Shown: positions 1 through 7,817, counted from the first letter of the stretch. The stretch: 15,636 bases of DNA from Candidatus Fraserbacteria bacterium (GCA_037443265.1 JBBIOR010000001.1:69529-85164), one strand, 5' to 3'. Made by a program: numbers and translations. Notes: a model not told the origin generated them from the letters alone.

Positions 1-1276
1 CGGGAACTATAATGGCCCAGATTCCTTTACCTTCCGAGTCAATGATGGTTTGTTGAATAGCAACATCGCGACGGTGACGATCACTGTCACTCCCATCAAC
101 GATCCGCCGACTCTTACACCGATTCTCAGCCAGAGTGTGAACGAGGGTCAGACGCTTACACTACTCGTGAGCTGTACAGACATTGACGGCCCTAGCCTCA
201 CACTGATGGCCAGTAACTTGCCGCCAGGAGCGACCTTCGCCGACAACGGCGATGGCACGGGTACCCTGACTTATACGCCAGGATTTGACACCGTACAACA
301 TCCGGACGAACAGATCATCTTCAGCAACATCAGCCTCACTTGTATCGACGGCTCGGCCACCGACACCGACACCTTCAACCTCACCGTGTACGATGTGAAC
401 CGCCTGCCAGATGCTGTCAACGACAGCGCCACCACCAACGAAGACGCGCCCGTGACTGTAGCCGTGCTGGCCAACGACTCCGACCCCGATGGCGATACGC
501 TCACAGTGATCTCCTTCAGCCCAGTGGCCAACGGCACGGTCAGCTGCACGACCGCCGGCATGTGTACCTACACCCCGAGCGCCAACTTCAGCGGCACCGA
601 TACGTTCTCTTACACCGTCAGCGACAGCAGGGGCGGCACAGACACAGCTACCGTCACGATCACCGTCAATCCCATCAATGATCCGCCACAAGCCGATAAT
701 ATCTCCGTAACGACCCCTAAGAACACCCCCATCACCATCACCCTGCCGGTGCGCGATGACAACGGCGATCCACTCACCTGTAGTTTGATCTCGCCGCCGA
801 GTAACGGAACCGTCACCGTCAACGCCAACTGCACGGCCACTTATACCCCCAACTCCGACTTTGTAGGCACAGATCGCTTCGACTACCGCGTCTCCGACGG
901 CCAGCTCACCGATGAAGGCCACGTGGAGATCAGCGTCCTCGAAGATGCCAGCTGGGATAAGAGCAGCCTCACTTTCCTCAATGCCGGCAAGACCTGTGGG
1001 GACGAAAAGACCGTCTTCGCCACGGTGAAGAACGTCGGCAGCCCCATGCAGGGTCCTACCCGCTGGGAGCTCTATTTCAGTGCCAGCGGCGACCCGAAGA
1101 AGAACGGCGTGCTCGTCGCCTCCGGCGCCATCCCCGCTCTAGACAGCAACGAGACTTTCAAGATCTCTGTGAACGTCACCCAGAAGGGCAATTATAAATT
1201 CCGGGCCCTCCAGCGCCCCGGTCATCCCGGCAAGGGCGATCTGTGGTCTGATACCATCCGCTTCGACTGTAACTGA
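1..1276 (+). CDS. 5'-truncated surface protein with tandem Ig-like/cadherin-like (Big_9/'tandem-95'-type) repeats and a C-terminal TapA-like domain
   Basis: The frame is open from base 2 (GNYNGPDSFTFRVNDGLLNSNIATVTITV), so the TTG at 50 is not the true start. Repeats of about 95 aa begin at 98 (NDPP), 398 (NRLPDAVND) and 677 (NDPP), with LANDSDPDGD and YTPxxxFxGTDxFxYxVSD motifs. A distinct last domain spans 953-1273; TGA at 1274-1276. Confidence 0.9.
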   Translation, partial: GNYNGPDSFTFRVNDGLLNSNIATVTITVTPINDPPTLTPILSQSVNEGQTLTLLVSCTDIDGPSLTLMASNLPPGATFADNGDGTGTLTYTPGFDTVQHPDEQIIFSNISLTCIDGSATDTDTFNLTVYDVNRLPDAVNDSATTNEDAPVTVAVLANDSDPDGDTLTVISFSPVANGTVSCTTAGMCTYTPSANFSGTDTFSYTVSDSRGGTDTATVTITVNPINDPPQADNISVTTPKNTPITITLPVRDDNGDPLTCSLISPPSNGTVTVNANCTATYTPNSDFVGTDRFDYRVSDGQLTDEGHVEISVLEDASWDKSSLTFLNAGKTCGDEKTVFATVKNVGSPMQGPTRWELYFSASGDPKKNGVLVASGAIPALDSNETFKISVNVTQKGNYKFRALQRPGHPGKGDLWSDTIRFDCN

Positions 1277-1297
1277 GTATCTAAACAGCGCAGCTTC

Positions 1298-1317
1298 GCG
1301 GTAACCTCCATTACCGC
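1298..1317. other. Perfect inverted repeat GCGGTAA-CCTCCA-TTACCGC (RNA hairpin or operator)
   Basis: 7-bp arms and 6-nt loop, 21 nt after the stop of the repeat protein; no U-tract on either side. Confidence 0.5.
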
Positions 1318-1374
1318 CTGAGTCCGATCAGAAGCCTTACTATATTAGCCATCCACACACCGCGGAGGCTGGGT

Positions 1375-2688
1375 GTGAAGAGGCCATCTTTATTTTATCT
1401 GGCGCTGTTCACAATGGGTGTGCTTGGGCTCTGGCACGATATCGCTCTCTCCGACATCACCGGCAGCTTCGCCGCCAGCATTAGAGCCGACGCCATTCCC
1501 TGTGACCTGCTGGATGAACTCGGCTTTCCCAAGGTCTCCGATGAGCCCTGCGAGCAGACTCTGCTGCGCTTCGGCTTCGAGACGGATCTCAACATCACGG
1601 TGACGATCAGCGGGCTGACCACTAGCCTGCACAGCCACAGCGGCCTGACGGGTTTTGAAGACCTCATCCTGCGCCTTACGGCCACCTTGGGCGATCTGGA
1701 TATCCGCGATGAGTTCGTCTTTGGTCAAGCCTTCGGCCTCCTCCAGTCCCTCGACGGAAGACTCATCCCGGTCTGCTATGACGACGGCACCGGCAGCTGC
1801 CCGATCTTCTTCATCAAGAAACGAGTCCGACTCGATGTCACAGTGGTAGGGCTCACCTTCAGCAATCTGGCCCTCTTAGAAGATATTAATTTCCCCGACC
1901 CTGGAGCGCTCAAGCCCTCAGGAGCCCTCTATACGACCCAATCTCAGGCCTTTGGCTTCGGAGATATAGTCACGCTCGAGGGGCGCACGGACGCGGGGAC
2001 GACCCTGACCGCGCAGATTGGCCTCTGCGCCGAACAGCGGAGCAACAACGTCAAACAGCACTCCTTTTCATTCACGGTCAATCCCCATTGCCTAGAAGGC
2101 CCCGGCTCTTCCACACTCCTGCTCGACTTTGAGGATCTCTCGATCAGCAACATCGCCCTTACAGACAATATCGCCAGCGCCTTCAGCCTCAACTGTCTGC
2201 TCATTATCGCCTGCTCGTTCACCAACACCTTGACCCTGACCGGGGCACCTCTCTTTCCCGTGGTCACAGCATCTCTCACCGTGAACGATGTCTTGGGCAC
2301 TTTCGCCTTCCAAGGCGTGGTGCTCGTCTTGCAATCGGGCAATAATACCTTTGTGCTGAACATCGACTCGACGCTGGCCCTTACGTCCGTGAACGTCACT
2401 GGCAACCTGACGCTCAATCCCGACAGCAGCCCGGCCAGCGTAAATTATTCCATCAGCGGAGCGCCCGGAAGCGGACTGAGCAGCCTCATTCTCAATGTGA
2501 TCGTCCAGCGCTTCGGTGTACGATTCTCTGCCCTGGTGACCTACTTTGCCTCCGGGGGGAGTGCCACGTTCTCTAAGCTGACGCTGCGGGCGGCCACCAC
2601 GGTGGGCCTGATCAACTTGGAAGCCACCACAGGCTTTACTCTGGCCGCCCTCGCTGAGGCTGCCATAACAGCCTCGATGAGCTTTTAA
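1375..2688 (+). CDS. Exported beta-strand-rich hypothetical protein, candidate outer-membrane beta-barrel or envelope protein (437 aa)
   Basis: GGAGG at 1364-1368 before GTG. N-terminal signal peptide (MKRPSLFYLALFTMGVLGLWHDIALS). Many alternating hydrophobic/polar segments (LNITVTIS, VRLDVTV, VNVTGNLTLN, LTLRAATTV). C-terminus AAITASMSF. 8 Cys in four neighbouring pairs. Confidence 0.65.
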   Translation: MKRPSLFYLALFTMGVLGLWHDIALSDITGSFAASIRADAIPCDLLDELGFPKVSDEPCEQTLLRFGFETDLNITVTISGLTTSLHSHSGLTGFEDLILRLTATLGDLDIRDEFVFGQAFGLLQSLDGRLIPVCYDDGTGSCPIFFIKKRVRLDVTVVGLTFSNLALLEDINFPDPGALKPSGALYTTQSQAFGFGDIVTLEGRTDAGTTLTAQIGLCAEQRSNNVKQHSFSFTVNPHCLEGPGSSTLLLDFEDLSISNIALTDNIASAFSLNCLLIIACSFTNTLTLTGAPLFPVVTASLTVNDVLGTFAFQGVVLVLQSGNNTFVLNIDSTLALTSVNVTGNLTLNPDSSPASVNYSISGAPGSGLSSLILNVIVQRFGVRFSALVTYFASGGSATFSKLTLRAATTVGLINLEATTGFTLAALAEAAITASMSF

Positions 2689-2689
2689 A

Positions 2690-3211
2690 TTAGCCTCCCC
2701 CGCCTCTGCCGGGTATGGGCAGCGTACTAGGGGGTGGGTTGGGGCCATTGGGCCCAGGCCCCACAGGCGAGGAGAGTTCGAGAAAGATCGGCAGGAGGAG
2801 CGGCAAGCTCAGGCCAAGCACCAGGGCGATGGCCGCCCCATACGAAGCCCACCTCGGCAAGCGAAGCGTAGCCAGCTCGAGCTTGAGCCGCGCCCTTAGC
2901 ACCAGAGACTGCCACCAGGGCGTACCAGCCGGGATGACCTCGAGCTGTCGGCGCAGCCGCGCGATCTCCCGCGTGCAGCGGGGGCAGCTTAGCACATGCA
3001 AAGAGATGCTCGACCGCGTCCAGCCCCGCTGCCCTGTCGGATCTGCTAGCTCTGCGAAAAGCGGGCCGCCTGGGCTGGTTAGATACTCATATAGGGCGTT
3101 CTGGTCGGGATGGTGCCGATAGCGCAGCCGCCGGAAGGTCTGCCGCAGCCCGCAGAACATCACCTCAGCTAGCTCTTCTAGGCGCTCGTTTGGATTCATC
3201 GGCTCGTTCAT
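2690..3211 (-). CDS. Zinc-finger (zf-HC2/ZAS-like) anti-sigma-factor-like membrane protein (173 aa)
   Basis: ATG at 3211 is preceded by GGGAGAGG; the upstream extension of the ORF-track call overlaps oppC and is spurious. Contains HPDQNALYEYL...HVLSCPRC (HxxxCxxC), one TM helix (YGAAIALVLGLSLPLLLPIFL) and a Pro/Gly tail. Confidence 0.7.
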   Translation of the reverse strand: MNEPMNPNERLEELAEVMFCGLRQTFRRLRYRHHPDQNALYEYLTSPGGPLFAELADPTGQRGWTRSSISLHVLSCPRCTREIARLRRQLEVIPAGTPWWQSLVLRARLKLELATLRLPRWASYGAAIALVLGLSLPLLLPIFLELSSPVGPGPNGPNPPPSTLPIPGRGGGG

Positions 3212-3236
3212 GGCGGCCCTCTCCCGCGACAAGTTT

Positions 3237-3266
3237 ATTATAACAGACGGAAGGGCTGCTCTGACA
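3237..3266 (-). promoter_or_regulatory. Promoter-like motif TGTCAG-N18-TATAAT, copy 1 (also extended -10 TGnTATAAT)
   Basis: The minus strand reads tTGTCAG agcagcccttccgtctgt TATAATaa, between the oppC stop (3274) and the ATG at 3211. Confidence 0.7.
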
Positions 3267-3273
3267 AGGCCTG

Positions 3274-4518
3274 CTACCCTGAGCGCATGCCCTCTTTGAC
3301 CTCGGAGACGGTGTACGGATCGGCCGCATCCCGCAGGGCATCGCCCATGAAGTTGAAAGCCAGCACGGAGATCACGATGAAGGCCGCGGGGATCAGAAGC
3401 CAGGCGTGGAATTGCATCTCGAAGGTGAAGCCTTTGCCCACGAAGCTGTTGAGCAGAAAGCCCCAGCTGGTCAGGGGATGCTGAATGCCATAGCCCAAGA
3501 AGCTCAAGATGCTCTCTAAGATGATGATGTCTGGGATGGCCAAGGTGGCCGCCACGATGAGATAGCTCATGATGTTGGGCATGATGTGGCGGAAGATGAT
3601 CCGGGTGTTGCTGGCCCCCAGAGCGCGGGCGGCCTGGGTATACTCGGCCTCCCGCAACGCCAAAAATTGCCCGCGGATCACCCGTGAAATGGGAGCCCAC
3701 GTGACGAGACTCAACAGTCCCACGATGCTCCAGAAGCGCATCATGGGCGGGATGTAGCCCATCTTAGTGAGGATCCCCGAGATGGCCAAAAGCAGGGCCA
3801 GCCGCGGCAAGGACATGAAGATCTCCGCGATCCGCTGGATGAGGGTGTCGACTCGGCCGCCGAGGTAGCCCGATAACCCGCCGATGAACGTCCCCAGCAG
3901 GAAGCTGATCAAAATCACCAGGGGGGCAATCGCTAGCGTGACGCGTCCGCCGAAGAGGATCATCGAGAAGAGATCATGCCCGTTCGCGTTCGTACCAAAC
4001 AGAAAGAGCTGCCCTGGAGAGTTCGGCGGCTCCCCGGTCCCAAATAGATGAATATCCGTGGGGATCAGACCGAAGAGCTGATAAGGCTCGCCACGTACCA
4101 GCAAGCGTATAGGATAGCGCTTCGAGGTGTCTTCAGTGTAATTATAGACGCCGGGCAGAGGGTATCTCTTACCCTGATAATCGACGAAGACGGGGTTCTG
4201 CACCAAGCCGTAGACGTACGGCTGGAGGCCGTCGAAGTGGATGCGGGTGATCATCGGCGGCACATAGGGGAATGGCGGATGAGATTGGCGGAAGTTATAG
4301 GGGCTGATGAACTCGGCGAATAGAAAGACCAAGACCAGCCCGGCCACGATGATGGCGCCGATCAATCCCAAGCGATGGCGGGTAAATCTCCGCCAGATGA
4401 GCCGGCCCTGAGAGAGCGGAGCTGTGCCAAACTCCCAAGACGGCTCCCGAGCGCGCGGCTTCTCCACCGTAGCCGCCGAACCCTCTACTGTGAATCTGCC
4501 CACCTTCTCGTCAGTCAT
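3274..4518 (-). CDS. oppC: Opp/Dpp-family ABC transporter permease, OppC/DppC-like (414 aa)
   Basis: N-terminal IWRRFTRHRLG motif, FLFGTNANGHDLFS, EAA loop EYTQAARALGASNTRIIFRHIMPN, C-terminal FNFMGDALRDAADP. Its ATG overlaps the oppB stop (ATGACTGA). Confidence 0.93.
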   Translation of the reverse strand: MTDEKVGRFTVEGSAATVEKPRAREPSWEFGTAPLSQGRLIWRRFTRHRLGLIGAIIVAGLVLVFLFAEFISPYNFRQSHPPFPYVPPMITRIHFDGLQPYVYGLVQNPVFVDYQGKRYPLPGVYNYTEDTSKRYPIRLLVRGEPYQLFGLIPTDIHLFGTGEPPNSPGQLFLFGTNANGHDLFSMILFGGRVTLAIAPLVILISFLLGTFIGGLSGYLGGRVDTLIQRIAEIFMSLPRLALLLAISGILTKMGYIPPMMRFWSIVGLLSLVTWAPISRVIRGQFLALREAEYTQAARALGASNTRIIFRHIMPNIMSYLIVAATLAIPDIIILESILSFLGYGIQHPLTSWGFLLNSFVGKGFTFEMQFHAWLLIPAAFIVISVLAFNFMGDALRDAADPYTVSEVKEGMRSG

Positions 4519-5506
4519 AGCGGATCTTGGGATCGGCCAGGGCCAACAAGATATCCGAGATCAAGTTCCCAATCATCAGAATTAGGCTGAAGACGAAGAG
4601 GGCACTCATCACCACAGGGTTATCACGGTTCTCAATCGACTCGATGAACGTCTTCTCAATCTGGGGCAGATTGAACACGATGGCAATAACCAGCGCCCCT
4701 TCGAGCATATAGGGGATCCAGAAGCCGAGCATGCTGATGAGGGGATTGATGGCATTGCGCACGGCGTGCTTGTAGATGACGACCCGCTCGAGGAGCCCCT
4801 TGGCCCGGGCCGTCTGAATGTAGTCCATCTTGAGCACATCGAGCAGACTGCCGCGCATGTAGCGGATCACGGCTGCGGTGTTGGCTGCCGCCAAGATAAA
4901 GACGGGCGGGAGAAAATGCCACAGGAAGTTGAGCATCCCCATCAGGCTCCAGGGGTCCTTGCAATAATCCCCGTTGCAGAAGCCGCCCACCCCAAAGAAG
5001 GGGTTCATATTCCCCAGATTCAACAGCCCGACCACAATCCATATGAACAGCAACGCCAAGATGAAGTTGGGAATGGAAAGTCCCAGAAAGCCCAAGAAGG
5101 TGAACATATGATCCGCAGGGGAATACTTATGAGTTGCGGAATAGATGCCAATGGGTATGGCAACCGCCCAGCTGAGCACCAAGGCCGAAAGAACCAGTAG
5201 CAGCGTGTATACCCAACGGTTCTCTCCGACCAGCGCCTGCCAGGCCGGCATGGAGCGATTGGGCGACCAGCCGAAGTCTAGACAACAGGCCACCCCTTTC
5301 ACCCAGTTGAAGTATTGAAGGTAGAAGGGCTGGTTGAGGCCGTAAATCTCACGGAGCTTTGCGCGTAGCTCTTGAGGGCAGCTTAACCCGCAGAGCTTGT
5401 CCACGGCATCTCCTGGCTGCAGGTACATCAGAAGGAAGATGACGAAGGTCACAACGATCAGGAGCGGAATCATATAGAAGATCCTCCGCGCGATAAATCC
5501 GATCAT
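4511..5506 (-). CDS. oppB: Opp/Dpp-family ABC transporter permease, OppB/DppB-like (331 aa)
   Basis: FIARRIFYMIP start, YGLNQPFYLQY, DFGWS, EAA loop DYIQTARAKGL...KHAVRNA, end DILLALADPKIRYD. RBS AAAGGAGGT upstream. Confidence 0.93.
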   Translation of the reverse strand: MIGFIARRIFYMIPLLIVVTFVIFLLMYLQPGDAVDKLCGLSCPQELRAKLREIYGLNQPFYLQYFNWVKGVACCLDFGWSPNRSMPAWQALVGENRWVYTLLLVLSALVLSWAVAIPIGIYSATHKYSPADHMFTFLGFLGLSIPNFILALLFIWIVVGLLNLGNMNPFFGVGGFCNGDYCKDPWSLMGMLNFLWHFLPPVFILAAANTAAVIRYMRGSLLDVLKMDYIQTARAKGLLERVVIYKHAVRNAINPLISMLGFWIPYMLEGALVIAIVFNLPQIEKTFIESIENRDNPVVMSALFVFSLILMIGNLISDILLALADPKIRYD

Positions 5507-5548
5507 CCGCCGTGACCTCCTTTAAATTTCCGTATCATAGCCGCTGCT

Positions 5549-5578
5549 ATTATAAAACGCAAGCCTGCGGCTCTGACA
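5549..5578 (-). promoter_or_regulatory. Promoter-like motif TGTCAG-N18-TATAAT, copy 2 (internal promoter for the permeases)
   Basis: The minus strand reads cTGTCAG agccgcaggcttgcgttt TATAATag, directly downstream of the SBP terminator and upstream of the oppB RBS. Confidence 0.7.
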
Positions 5579-5586
5579 GCCAACCC

Positions 5587-5640
5587 AACAAAGAAAGAGG
5601 GGCACGAGGGTTTCTAAGCCCCGTGCCCCCTCCTTTTCTC
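5587..5640 (-). terminator. Intrinsic terminator after the SBP gene, possibly bidirectional
   Basis: Arms GAGGGGCACG (5597-5606) and CGTGCCCCCTC (5622-5632). The minus-strand tail is TTTCTTTGTT; the plus-strand tail is CTTTTCTCT. Confidence 0.75.
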
Positions 5641-5672
5641 TGTCAGCGGTCAGCTGAGCGCTGATGCTGATA
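5641..5672. other. Imperfect TCAGC/GCTGA stem-loop immediately after the SBP stop codon
   Basis: TGTCAGC-GG-TCAGC-TGAGC-GCTGA-T-GCTGATA; possibly a 3' stabilising hairpin. Confidence 0.45.
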
Positions 5673-5674
5673 GG

Positions 5675-7732
5675 CTATCGTGGACAAGCTGCCTGGCCCG
5701 GCAGGTCTACTCTGAACTTTCTGTCCGTGTTGGCGTTGACCGCCCGGCCATCGTTGCAGATCCTGTCCGTGCGCACCGCGAAGAGTTGGTTCCCAGCGGC
5801 TAGGTGGTAGTAGGGCACGAACTGCATCCAGACCGCCTGGAACTGGTCGAAGCCCGCTTGAGCGCCCGGGACATCGGTGGCTTGGAAGCCCTGCTGCCAC
5901 GGAGCTTCGATCGCCTGCTCCTCGGGCGTCGGGGCCGCCGGATCGCCCGCGGGGGCGTTGGGGTCACACGCGACGTGGTAGAGGTGCAGCGCCGTGCCGC
6001 AGGGTACCACGTTGACCGCGCCTGCCGGATCACCACCCGTCAGCCCGATGGTGATGTAGCCGGTGAAGGTCCCCTCCAAGAGCTGGCTGACCAGGGTGGG
6101 GAACGAGGTGGTGGTAGCCGAGCATTGCACGCCGATGGCATTCCAGCCGTCGCAGATGATCACGCCAAAGGCCTCGCGGATCGTGTTGCCCGTGTTGGTG
6201 ACCACCTGTACGACAAAGTCCTTCCCGCCGGGGTTCTTCACGACCCCGTTGGGATCAAGATTGGCCGGGATGTTGCGGATCCCGTTCCCATCGGTATCGA
6301 CCACGCCTACGGAGTCGAGCAGCTGCTTAGCTTGCTCCAAGCAGGCGGCGAAATTGTCCAAGCAGCTTAGAGCCTGCACGATGTCGGCGTTCACGGGGGC
6401 CGGCAGGTTCTTCACGTTGATCTTCAGGCCGTTGGAGAGGCTCCAGACGTCGCCGCTGCAAGTGGCTGCCGTGGCCAGACCGGCCTGGATGAAGGTGTTA
6501 CAGTCGTTGGTGCGGCCGCTGAAGAAGTTCGATTGATTGATGGAGACCGGGTTGAATTGCGGGGTTCCAATTCCCAAGAGCACGTTCTGGACCATGGTCG
6601 CCCGGTCGATGGCCAGATAGAGCGCTTTGCGCACTTTGGAGTTGCGAGCGGCCGCGGCCAGATCAGGGTCGGGATCGCTGAAGTTGGGCGTGGTGAAGGT
6701 CTCGCCGGCAGCGGGCACGCCATTGTCGATGTCCGTGTTCACGTCAAAGCCGCCTTGGGCCGCACGGGAGAGGATCACCGCGATGTCCTCGGGGCGCGGG
6801 CCGTAGATATCCGTCTGCCCGTTGAGGAACTGGCTCAGGGCCAGATTGAGCCCGGCCGTGGGGATGATGATGATCTGGACGCCGTCCAGATAGGGCAGCT
6901 GGACCCCATTGCTGTCGACTTCATAGAAGAAGGGATTGCGCTGGTAACTGGCCTGCTGATCCGAGGCGAAGCTGGTCATCTTGAAGGGTCCCAGGCCGCG
7001 CAGGAGGTTGATCGGTGCCCCCAGCCCCATGAACTCCTGGGCCGGAATAGGCCCAAACTGGTTCTCTCCGGCCACGGGGACGTTCTGTTCCGCGATGAGA
7101 TCCAGGGCCATCTGCTTGGAGAGCACCAGCTGACCGGCCGCAAACGGCACAAAGGTGCGGAAGGGTTCCGGGCAGCTGATCTGGATCTGGTTGGGCGCGG
7201 GCGAGGTCACCTTAAAGGGCGAGCCGTCCGTGCAACGGAAGGCGTCCTGGAAGGAGTTGGGCAGGTTCTCGTTGAACACGACGTTGTTGTACCAATAGAG
7301 GACGTCATCCACGGTGACCGGCGAGCCGTCTGAATATTGTAGCCCCTGGCGCAGCGTCGCAGTGACCACGGTGCCTGCTTCATTCACCTCGATGAGAGAG
7401 GCGGCATTGCCCTCACCCGCGTCCGTGCCCAGCAGGGAGTAGGACGCAAAGAACGTGCCCAAGAACTGATCTTGGATGGAGAGCGAGGCGGTGTCCTCAG
7501 CCGTGACCGGGTTGAGCGTCGAAGGAGAAGCAATAATGGAGAAGGCCGTCGTTCCTCCCTTGACTTTAGCGCAAGTGGTGCCAGCAGGGCCCTCGGGGTT
7601 CTGGGGCCGCAGCTCGCTACAGTTCAGGACCACTAGGGGCTGGGCTGGCGGCTGGGCCAGCGTCACCACACTGGCTCCACCCATCACAGCCAAAGCCACA
7701 ACTACCATCAACAAGGAACGTATAAACTTCAC
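5675..7732 (-). CDS. Family-5 (OppA/DppA/NikA-like) ABC substrate-binding protein (685 aa), SPase I-type signal peptide
   Basis: AAAGGAGGT before GTG. Motifs PSTLNP, TLRQGLQYSDGSPVTVDDV, GLGPFKM, RNPFFYEVDSNGVQLPYLD, VRKALYLAIDRATMV. No lipobox Cys; 14 Cys in the mature part. Confidence 0.9.
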   Translation of the reverse strand: MKFIRSLLMVVVALAVMGGASVVTLAQPPAQPLVVLNCSELRPQNPEGPAGTTCAKVKGGTTAFSIIASPSTLNPVTAEDTASLSIQDQFLGTFFASYSLLGTDAGEGNAASLIEVNEAGTVVTATLRQGLQYSDGSPVTVDDVLYWYNNVVFNENLPNSFQDAFRCTDGSPFKVTSPAPNQIQISCPEPFRTFVPFAAGQLVLSKQMALDLIAEQNVPVAGENQFGPIPAQEFMGLGAPINLLRGLGPFKMTSFASDQQASYQRNPFFYEVDSNGVQLPYLDGVQIIIIPTAGLNLALSQFLNGQTDIYGPRPEDIAVILSRAAQGGFDVNTDIDNGVPAAGETFTTPNFSDPDPDLAAAARNSKVRKALYLAIDRATMVQNVLLGIGTPQFNPVSINQSNFFSGRTNDCNTFIQAGLATAATCSGDVWSLSNGLKINVKNLPAPVNADIVQALSCLDNFAACLEQAKQLLDSVGVVDTDGNGIRNIPANLDPNGVVKNPGGKDFVVQVVTNTGNTIREAFGVIICDGWNAIGVQCSATTTSFPTLVSQLLEGTFTGYITIGLTGGDPAGAVNVVPCGTALHLYHVACDPNAPAGDPAAPTPEEQAIEAPWQQGFQATDVPGAQAGFDQFQAVWMQFVPYYHLAAGNQLFAVRTDRICNDGRAVNANTDRKFRVDLPGQAACPR

Positions 7733-7817
7733 ATGGACCTCCTTTATGTCTTTAAGGATTGAATTCCCAATGGCTCCGGGATCGCTGGCACTTCCGAGTG
7801 AGTCGTCTTCTCCGGGT

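Noticed and set aside
50..52. TTG start for the first ORF
   Set aside because: The frame is open and repeat-like from base 2, so the gene begins upstream of the window.
1317..1346. CCTGAG-N18-TATATT as a fifth motif copy
   Set aside because: Only 3/6 match to TGTCAG; too weak to count.
3212..3700. N-terminal 163 aa of the 336-aa ORF (His-rich, HHAQHHEL...)
   Set aside because: It is an alternative-frame read-through of oppC; the RBS and promoter motif support ATG 3211.
5641..5670. Additional TGTCAG hexamers (5641, and 12679 inside a CDS) as promoter-motif copies
   Set aside because: Neither has a TATAAT-like hexamer 18 nt downstream, and neither faces a gene start.
7729..7734. Out-of-frame ATG-TGA overlapping the SBP GTG start (similar ATG-TGC-TGA at the second oppB)
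   Set aside because: The ATG is only 2-3 nt from the SD core, too close for efficient initiation; likely incidental.
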